From contig CAYSJW010000009.1 in assembly GCA_964431555.1 (NCBI GenBank), positions 10,413-74,412 on the forward strand: a DNA stretch of 64,000 nucleotides. The letters run 5' to 3'. This DNA comes from an uncultured Gammaproteobacteria bacterium. GTDB lineage: Bacteria; Patescibacteriota; Microgenomatia; UBA8517. Every line of letters begins with the position of its first letter. Position 1 is the first letter of the stretch. The position numbers were made by a program, and so were the translations under genes. Below, piece by piece: positions 56,861 to 64,000 of this stretch. The notes under the pieces were generated by a model. The model was not told the DNA's origin and did not search any database. It saw only the letters and a list, made by a program, of their open reading frames with translations.

Positions 56861-58783
56861 TCATTTGTTTTCTTGGATGATTTTCAGCGTTGTTCTTAAT
56901 GGAATATTTGATTGTTCGACCAACTCTTGTGGTTTGGTTGTTATCAATTTATGTTCTTCGGGAGAAGCAACTACAGTTATGGGTGCATGATTATTGCCGG
57001 CAAAAAAAATACCCTCTCCAATGTTTGCTCCAAGTAAAAGCTGTCTTTCACCTTGTGAGAGGTAAAATACATCGCCAACCTTGTCTATAGCGGCAGGAGA
57101 TTGCTTTAGAAGAACCCTTAAAGCACTATTTGTAACAATTGCCTTGCCAATATCTTGGTTTAGAAAATCTTCAACGTCCTGGGTGATTGTAGTGAGTCCT
57201 AGATAATATTTTCTTGCGCGTTTAACAATACTCCACAAAAACTGAGCTGAATCTGAAAACCTCATCATATGCCACGCCTCATCAACAACCAAAAGTCTGG
57301 GTCTAAGATTTTTCTTGATTCTGGTCCAGATAAAATCCAGAATAACAAACATAGCAATTGGTCTTAAGGCATCTTGGAGCTCCCGTACGGAAAAAACAGT
57401 AAAGGGGTTGTTTATTTCAATATTTGTTTGTTTGTCAAAAATTCCCACAAAGCTTCCTCTGACAAATTTTTCAATTCTTGCTGCCAAATCTAATGCGTCA
57501 GGAGTTTCCATTCCGATAAGTATTTTATAAAGATCTTCCATTAAGGGAGGTTCTTTGGTTTGGGTTTCAGGATCTTGAGTAATCCCCTTGGATTTATAGG
57601 TTGCAACTAAAGCCCTGTCAAGAAGAGCCTCTTGTATTGGAGTTATTTGTCCCATGATGACTTTAAAAAGGGAATGTAAAGAAAGAATTTTAAGGCCAAG
57701 GTTGTTTTCACCCTCTTCATAGACTTGGGAAAGATCAAAAGGGTTAATTTTTGATGGAGAGTTGAAAGAAAATGAAATATTTACCCCTCCTACCGCGTTG
57801 GCTAGGTTTTTATACTCACCTTCAGGATCGATTATGATTATTTCTGTCCCAAGCATTAATGATCTTAAACTTTCCAATTTGACAAAGTAGCTTTTACCTG
57901 CGCCTGAAGTTGCAAAAACAGTCATGTTGGAATTTTCCAGTGAGAATCGGTCGAAGATGATAAAGGATCCGTTTTGGGTGTTTATCCCATATAGAACTCC
58001 TTTATCAGCAGATAACTCCGCACTGGTTAGGGGAAAAGTCGTGGCCAAAGATGATGTATCCATATTTCTGGTTATGGAAAGACGATCTAACCCAAAAGGG
58101 GAGGTTGATAAAAGACCATTGTCCATATCTAAGGTGGCGTGTTTAGCTACAACTAAAAGAGAACCAAGCGTTGCCTCAACCTGCTTGGTAATATGGTTTA
58201 ATTGCTCTAGATCAGAAGCTCTGATGGTGATATAAAAACCAAATTCAAAAAAGTGTTCGGCTCCCTTAACAAGTTCTTCTTGGAAAAGTCTTGCATCTTC
58301 AAGTTTAGCCTCGGTTGCAGGATCAACTATTTTTCCTCTTTCAATGTCGGTGGCGATTTCAGCTTCCATTTCGGCAACCTTTCTCATAAGATCATCTAAA
58401 ACGCTTTTACCTTCAACGGGGTATATAAAAAATGAGATATCCAAAGAACTATTGAAGTTGATTATTTGCTCTAACCAGCCTGGAGATACAAAGCGCGGAT
58501 ATCCAGAAACAAAAAGAGTTCTAAGGTATACATTATTGATTTTTAGATAGTCCATTTCAATTTCTACCATTTGTGGTGCTACAACATCGAGTATGTTGAG
58601 ATTTTGAGAATTAACCGCCTCAACGGGATTAATTATTTTCGGTTTGTCGACTATTACTTGTTTAGCCTTATCTGAATTTAAAGCATCTTTCTCTTTGAGA
58701 GTTTTTTCTTTACTTTGGGTAGAATCTTTTGGAAGATTGTTAATTGTTTTTGTTTTTGGTTTAAAAAAATTAAGTTTTAACAT
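56861..58783 (-). CDS. virB4: VirB4-family T4SS ATPase
   Basis: FDRF, ATSGAGKS, IDPEGEY, INPFD, VDEAW, RARKY, ITQD. Confidence 0.9.
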   Translation of the reverse strand: MLKLNFFKPKTKTINNLPKDSTQSKEKTLKEKDALNSDKAKQVIVDKPKIINPVEAVNSQNLNILDVVAPQMVEIEMDYLKINNVYLRTLFVSGYPRFVSPGWLEQIINFNSSLDISFFIYPVEGKSVLDDLMRKVAEMEAEIATDIERGKIVDPATEAKLEDARLFQEELVKGAEHFFEFGFYITIRASDLEQLNHITKQVEATLGSLLVVAKHATLDMDNGLLSTSPFGLDRLSITRNMDTSSLATTFPLTSAELSADKGVLYGINTQNGSFIIFDRFSLENSNMTVFATSGAGKSYFVKLESLRSLMLGTEIIIIDPEGEYKNLANAVGGVNISFSFNSPSKINPFDLSQVYEEGENNLGLKILSLHSLFKVIMGQITPIQEALLDRALVATYKSKGITQDPETQTKEPPLMEDLYKILIGMETPDALDLAARIEKFVRGSFVGIFDKQTNIEINNPFTVFSVRELQDALRPIAMFVILDFIWTRIKKNLRPRLLVVDEAWHMMRFSDSAQFLWSIVKRARKYYLGLTTITQDVEDFLNQDIGKAIVTNSALRVLLKQSPAAIDKVGDVFYLSQGERQLLLGANIGEGIFFAGNNHAPITVVASPEEHKLITTKPQELVEQSNIPLRTTLKIIQENK

Positions 58784-58785
58784 AG

Positions 58786-59460
58786 TTAAACATTAAAAAG
58801 TTCCTTCTCCTTTATAGGTGGTTCGGGATTGTATGTTTGATAAAAAAGATTAATAAGTTCATCGTTATTAAGTTGGTGTAGAGATATTCCTAATCGTCCA
58901 GCCTGTCTTATTAGATGGTCTCTTTTGGGAAAGAGTGAAATTTTTGCTTTTCTAACCACGTATGATTTAGGGTAGGGAAGCTTAGGGTTTTTTCCGCCTG
59001 AAGGAAGAAAGGACGAAGATAAAGATTTTGAAATCCCCAATTCATATGGACTAAACGGTATTACAATGTAAAATTTTTTAGATAGTACATTTCTCTTTTT
59101 GATTGCATCCTGTACAAAATTCATGTAGTCATCCATTATGTTTTTAAGCTTTTGGTTTTTTATTTTTTGACTAGCATTGGTTAAGAATTCCATGTAAGTT
59201 GATATATCTTTTTTTTCGCTTCTGACAACTATTTGGACGGGAAAATTAAAAGAGTTTAAAAGACCAGCGTATGAAGCGATAACTGCTTTTTGTTCCCTTT
59301 CATTAAGAAGTCCGAAATTAAGAGAAGTTGATTCCATGATTAAAGCTGCACCTCCATTTTTATAAATAACAATGTTGTCTGTAATATCTGCAATAGGAAT
59401 TAATTCTTGGGTTGATGCTGTTAGTGGTTTGTCGGGTTTAGAGATAAACGGTATGGGCAT
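58786..59460 (-). CDS. VirB4-associated T4SS protein (resembles the N-terminal region of conjugative VirB4/TraC systems)
   Basis: STQ..I.DI, SLNFGLL..EQ.AVI.SYA.LLNS..FPVQI, KKFYIVIP; directly upstream of virB4. Confidence 0.75.
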   Translation of the reverse strand: MPIPFISKPDKPLTASTQELIPIADITDNIVIYKNGGAALIMESTSLNFGLLNEREQKAVIASYAGLLNSFNFPVQIVVRSEKKDISTYMEFLTNASQKIKNQKLKNIMDDYMNFVQDAIKKRNVLSKKFYIVIPFSPYELGISKSLSSSFLPSGGKNPKLPYPKSYVVRKAKISLFPKRDHLIRQAGRLGISLHQLNNDELINLFYQTYNPEPPIKEKELFNV

Positions 59461-59526
59461 GGGAATTAACTGTCGGTTTTAAAAATTAAATTAAAAATTA
59501 AAACTTCCATATTTTTTGTATAAAAT

Positions 59527-60516
59527 CTAATTATTAACCTTTTCCTTTCCGGTAATCACAATTGGTGGTATTATTTTGCCTAAAGCACTGATATTTATTG
59601 GTTCAAATAAAAAGCCCTCTTTTTCTGTAATTATTTGATAATTGCCGTTTACTAAGGGGGTAACTATCATAAAATGACCTAATTTGTTGCTTCTTAATGC
59701 CCTTGCGGGCCTTCCGTTGGAATCACGAATCTCAAGTATGGCGTTTTCGATAATTTTTCCGTTAGTATCTTGTACCTGACCGACAATAATGTTTGGTTTG
59801 GATGGTGGAAGTGGAGGAGCGGCTTCAGAGGAAAATTGGGCTTGTTTAATATCTTTGTAGATACGGCCTTCTGAAGGCGTTAGTTTGAATCCGGTCGAAG
59901 GAACCTTTTCCGCTTTATCTGGAAGAGTTTGTTGAGTTTCCTTTTTTGGTTGGGGCTTTATTTTTATAGCTTCGGTTTTGGGAAATTGAATACCACGTCT
60001 GTCATACGTAATTCCCTTATCGGCTAGATCAACTTTATTGGTTGGGATGTATGCTAATTCTGAAAAGCTATTATTTATATTTTGCAATATTTGGCTTTCC
60101 TGCGTCTCTAATTTTGCTTGTTCATCTGAGGTTTTCATGATGGCAAGCAATTGAGGAGAGGTTTTTTTATTATCCTCTGCTTGTGTACTTGTTTCGGGTT
60201 GGAAGTAGCTGAAATTATCAGGAAGTTTTTTCCAAACATAAAGGGTAGGGGAGTAAATTGCTTTAAAAAAAAGAACAATCCATTTTGCCAAAGGTCTATC
60301 TTCTAAAGGGAAAAAAGCGAGCGCAATTCCCATTACAAAGGAAAAGATGATTAAAGGCCATTTGATATAAGAAGGTAAACCTGAAGAATAAATTAGAAGA
60401 GCAATTAAAGCCCCACCAGCAACCTGAAAAAATTGTTGTAAGGTCATATCACCAACCAGTTTAAACTGGTAAGATGATACCTGTTGTGGAATTGGATGTT
60501 GTTCTTCAATTTCCAT
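59527..60516 (-). CDS. PrgI-family (VirB3-like) protein with a C-terminal carboxypeptidase-regulatory-like domain
   Basis: QHPIPQ....FKLVGDMTLQQF, two TMs, DRPL..W; C-terminal GQVQD.NG.II.NA.....G.Y. Confidence 0.8.
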   Translation of the reverse strand: MEIEEQHPIPQQVSSYQFKLVGDMTLQQFFQVAGGALIALLIYSSGLPSYIKWPLIIFSFVMGIALAFFPLEDRPLAKWIVLFFKAIYSPTLYVWKKLPDNFSYFQPETSTQAEDNKKTSPQLLAIMKTSDEQAKLETQESQILQNINNSFSELAYIPTNKVDLADKGITYDRRGIQFPKTEAIKIKPQPKKETQQTLPDKAEKVPSTGFKLTPSEGRIYKDIKQAQFSSEAAPPLPPSKPNIIVGQVQDTNGKIIENAILEIRDSNGRPARALRSNKLGHFMIVTPLVNGNYQIITEKEGFLFEPINISALGKIIPPIVITGKEKVNN

Positions 60517-60520
60517 AATT

Positions 60521-60554
60521 AGAGTATAAGAGCGGGAGAGTATAAGAGTGTAAG
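60521..60554. repeat. Short direct repeats over the PrgI-like gene promoter
   Basis: AGAGTATAAGAG at 60521-32 and 60537-48, plus AGAGTGTAAG at 60545-54; each full copy carries a minus-strand TATACT. Confidence 0.7.
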
Positions 60555-60938
60555 TAACACTCTCATTTCCTCATGCTCTTCTGATAAGCATATAATAGTT
60601 TTTTTATCTTCTGATATGACTTTGATAATTTTGACTAATTTAATATTATCAAAATATTGCAGTTTGTAGGATAGGTAATAGATTTAAGGTTTTAAAATAA
60701 AGAAACTGTTCTTTATTAGAAAATTTTTTCGTCATTTTGTGAGTAAGAAAAACCAGCCCAAAAAATTTTGGTAAACTATTAGCTTTTCGCAACCTTGTTT
60801 TAGGTAGGCAGTTTCAAAATTCATGTATTCTCACGCTCTTCCTCTTCTACTTTTACCCGTGGACATGTTATTTCAACCGGTAAACTTTTTCACAAAATTA
60901 TGTATTAAAAACTTAAGGTTGGTGGTAAAATATATGAT

Positions 60939-63422
60939 ATGACAAATTCAGAAAGAGTAGGCGATAGTGGTTCGGGGAGTTCAAGAGGAAAAGAGGGAAG
61001 CAGAAAAAAGGGGGGAAAAGGAACGAAAGAGGGAGAAAAGAATAAAAAAGTTGGTGGTGGGGAAGTTGGGTCGCAAAATAAACCCGAATCTCCAGACCGT
61101 GGTGAATTAGGTGTTCCAGTGACAAGAAAAGAAGATTTAAAAGATCAACCTGATGATTCTACAGAGGCAAGACTGTTAAGAAGAATTTTAGGGGAAACAA
61201 TATCGTTTAGAAAGCAAATGAAAACTCAACTTGAAGAAATTAGATCTACAATCTCTTCGCAAACAACCGCAATAAACCAATTACTTGAGAGGCTTGCTAA
61301 AGCCGCAAGTCCTGCTGATGAACAAGTGTTGATGAAGACGATTGATGCAATGGAGAAAAAGCTTGTAGAAAGCGTTGAGGGATTCAGCAATGTATTAGAT
61401 AAAGTAAACGCCTCAATTAATCAGGAACAGCAAATTTTTGAAGAGAACAGGGAAATGATAGCGCTATTTATGAGGGAACTTGAAAGAATGCAAGAAGCTC
61501 AAGGTATTACGGAAAGTCTTAGGATCCCTTCCCTTGATAGAATGGCAGCGAGGCTAAAAGGAGACTTTAAAGAAGAGTATGAAAAATCTAGAAAAGTAGG
61601 AGATAAAGATTGGACCGTAGAGAATGAAATATATCAGAATATGGTAGAGGATTGGTTTGAGGAACACATCAGAGCTATGGAATCAAGCGAGCTTGCATTT
61701 GAAGAACAACCAGATATGTACAGATACCTTTCGCTTTATGCGAGCAACTTTGCAAAAACTGAAGGGATGAAAGATTTTGGAGAGAGGATTCAGGCAAAAC
61801 TTGAAGCAAGAAGAATACGACATCGCGCAGTGAGAGTTTTGAGCATGTCTCCGCCAGATGCTATTGTTAATGTAATGCAAAATTTTAAAGTACAGGAAAT
61901 GTCGAATTTTTTTAGGGGAGAGGTTGTTGGATCCTATTCCATAGATAAGGCAACCGGAACAAGGGCTAGGGGTACTGATGGCGAAGTTGTTGTAATTAAC
62001 CATGTCGAAAGGGAGCTTAGAAACTACGAGAGGATGATGAGAATATTAAGGGAAAGAAGAGATGAATACAGAAAAAAGTACTTAGAAGAAGAAGAAAGGA
62101 TGAAAAAACGCTTAGGTGTTAGGGTATTGGATTATGGGCAAAGAGTTAAACTGCAAAATAACCCTGAATTAAAGAGGTTGAGTGAAGAAATAAAAGTTAA
62201 GGAAAAATATATTGTAGATTATTACACTTATGGTGGCCACATAGAGGATGAAGGAATTGATGGAGCCTATGTTGATGAAGAAGGCAACCTGCAGGATAGA
62301 TGGAACGAAGAGTTAGGTAGTCAAAGTAATGATAATAGAGATGGGTTTTTTTACAGGCTTGGAACTGATAGACCTCCAGAAAGGCAAGGTAGAAAAATTG
62401 AATCTTATGGGGTAGAAGATTTGGTTAAGAGTCATATAAGAGAAGGGAAGGATCCTGTGTCACGAGATAAAGAAATTGAACTTAGAGATAAATTTTGGGC
62501 AAGAAGGTATGCAGGAGGGACTTTAAGTTTGATGTTTAGAATTAGTCGTGAAGTGCAAATAAACGGGACTGCGGACTTTTATTTAAATAGAATATACAAT
62601 TTTGGAGATAAAGTTGCAGAAAACTTTTTACTAAGGCACACGAGAGAGATATGGGATCCTACAGAGGGTGTATATAAGGGAGATCAGATAAGCCTTGGTT
62701 ATATTGACATAATGTCAGACATGCTTTCAAAAGCGAAAGAAAACCAACTTAAGAGAGTTGGTATCAATAAAAAAAGGGAAGATCATAATGGAGCGTTTTT
62801 AAGTTTTGAAAATTTAGATTGGGGGAGCAAAGAGCTTTGGGATGATTTAATACAGGGAGAGCTTGCTGTTAACCCCGCTACGCCTTCAGTAAAGGGGCAG
62901 TATGTTGCAGAGGCTGACGGATCAGGAAGAAAACCCATGTGGGGTCCTGATAGTTTATTACACGGGCCGACTGTAGAAAAAACAGCAATATTTGAACATA
63001 TGGGAGGCTGGCTTGGTACAGGGCCAGCCGAACCTTTCTGTTTACCTGGTTCAAATGAGCCAATTGAGGTTTCAAAACAGGAAAAATTTCAAATCGAAAT
63101 AATGGATAGAATGCTTAATTATTTGAGATCCGATGAAGCCAAAGATCAGTTGGGTGATCCAATAATAGGCTATTCGGAAAAAGCGACAATTTGTGAATGG
63201 ATTAATTCATGGGTAAGGCACGGAATGATAGATAGTAAAGTAAGTAAAGTATTATTTGAGAAATATTTAGGAACTAGTAACAAAACCCTTCTAAGAATAA
63301 TAAGCACATCAGATATAATTTGGAATGATCTTAAAAATAATTGGGGAACGATGTCTTTGCAGGGAATCGGAGAATTTATAAAAAGATTATTTGGTTATAT
63401 TTTTGCAGATGAGTTCAGATGA
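60939..63422 (+). CDS. Large hydrophilic hypothetical protein (G/K/S-rich N-terminus, coiled coil)
   Basis: 827-aa ORF; extended -10 TGgTAAAAT 7 nt before the ATG; no family motif recognised. Confidence 0.8.
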   Translation: MTNSERVGDSGSGSSRGKEGSRKKGGKGTKEGEKNKKVGGGEVGSQNKPESPDRGELGVPVTRKEDLKDQPDDSTEARLLRRILGETISFRKQMKTQLEEIRSTISSQTTAINQLLERLAKAASPADEQVLMKTIDAMEKKLVESVEGFSNVLDKVNASINQEQQIFEENREMIALFMRELERMQEAQGITESLRIPSLDRMAARLKGDFKEEYEKSRKVGDKDWTVENEIYQNMVEDWFEEHIRAMESSELAFEEQPDMYRYLSLYASNFAKTEGMKDFGERIQAKLEARRIRHRAVRVLSMSPPDAIVNVMQNFKVQEMSNFFRGEVVGSYSIDKATGTRARGTDGEVVVINHVERELRNYERMMRILRERRDEYRKKYLEEEERMKKRLGVRVLDYGQRVKLQNNPELKRLSEEIKVKEKYIVDYYTYGGHIEDEGIDGAYVDEEGNLQDRWNEELGSQSNDNRDGFFYRLGTDRPPERQGRKIESYGVEDLVKSHIREGKDPVSRDKEIELRDKFWARRYAGGTLSLMFRISREVQINGTADFYLNRIYNFGDKVAENFLLRHTREIWDPTEGVYKGDQISLGYIDIMSDMLSKAKENQLKRVGINKKREDHNGAFLSFENLDWGSKELWDDLIQGELAVNPATPSVKGQYVAEADGSGRKPMWGPDSLLHGPTVEKTAIFEHMGGWLGTGPAEPFCLPGSNEPIEVSKQEKFQIEIMDRMLNYLRSDEAKDQLGDPIIGYSEKATICEWINSWVRHGMIDSKVSKVLFEKYLGTSNKTLLRIISTSDIIWNDLKNNWGTMSLQGIGEFIKRLFGYIFADEFR

Positions 63423-63449
63423 GGGAATAAGGTTTTAAAAAGTGTTGTT

Positions 63450-63998
63450 TTATTTTCCTCCAAAGCGCGGTAGTTTTATTCCGGTCATTGCACCTCTTAC
63501 AGCTTCAGTTAGCCTTCCTGCCCTTTCTTTATAATACGCTTCTTTAGCGTAACTTATTGTTTGACCAAACGGCGACCAGAGAGTTCCAGCCGCAGCGCCA
63601 AATGCTGCTCCGATTGCGGTTCCGTAGCCAAAGGGTTTGCCTGCTACTGCGCTTTTAATCATGTCAGCTATTTTTGGAATAAGAGTCATTACTATGACGC
63701 TGGCAATAAGCCAAACAAGATCTAAGTTTTTTCCGAATGGAACGAATGGTGGAAGCCAAGGCGAATTATCTAGTAGATTTGCTTTTGGATCGAAAGGTAT
63801 AGTATTAGAAAATAGATCTGATAGAGGTCCACTAGGTAGTGCTGAAGCTAAAAAGACAAAAGAAATTGCAAGCATGGGACCTATAGTTGCAAAGACAGCT
63901 AGATTGCTGGATATGTTTTTTATCCATTTTACAAAACCTCCGGTAATTATAAATACAGGCCCAGCGATAATTAAAAGGAGTATTGTTATGTAAGTTTT
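63450..63998 (-). CDS. C-terminal part of a VirB6/TrbL-like polytopic membrane protein (runs off the window end)
   Basis: Frame stays open upstream of the track's ATG: KTYITILLLIIAGPVFIITGGFVKWIKNISSNLAVF..., then PPF and 'IPKIADMIK' with a Gly/Ala-rich tail; T4SS context. Confidence 0.65.
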   Translation of the reverse strand, partial: KTYITILLLIIAGPVFIITGGFVKWIKNISSNLAVFATIGPMLAISFVFLASALPSGPLSDLFSNTIPFDPKANLLDNSPWLPPFVPFGKNLDLVWLIASVIVMTLIPKIADMIKSAVAGKPFGYGTAIGAAFGAAAGTLWSPFGQTISYAKEAYYKERAGRLTEAVRGAMTGIKLPRFGGK

Positions 63999-64000
63999 AA

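Overview
AT-rich bacterial chromosome segment read in genetic code 11. Gene content and style fit a Patescibacteria/CPR genome (Microgenomates, Woesebacteria-like); this is inferred, not tested. The window spans the replication origin (rplY, rnhA, jag, yidC, yidD, rnpA, rpmH | dnaA, oriC, dnaN), with a visible C-rich to G-rich strand switch near 52.3 kb. Left of the origin are surface proteins, many GT-C/GT2/WecA/UbiA/LCP envelope genes, pcrA, two FemABX genes, a helicase-nuclease, rmuC, metG, valS, tsaC-tsaE/tsaD, CIRCE-controlled hsp20 and groESL, and tRNA-Cys. Right of it is a CPR-type T4SS-like locus. The main finds missing from the ORF track are: (1) a complete ribosome-mediated attenuator with a Met-Met-Met leader peptide (MKKENKMMMQSNF) in front of metG; (2) a compact T-box riboswitch before valS with an ultrashort Stem I and no poly-U terminator; (3) a 43-aa microprotein made almost only of a TM-LVQxxQxxRExAA motif shared with a neighbouring surface protein; (4) a T4SS-linked CHAP-like protein with two HPD-less J-domains; (5) a Crp pseudogene with a single TGA beside its likely target promoter; (6) in-frame 7-bp repeat inserts in several enzymes.
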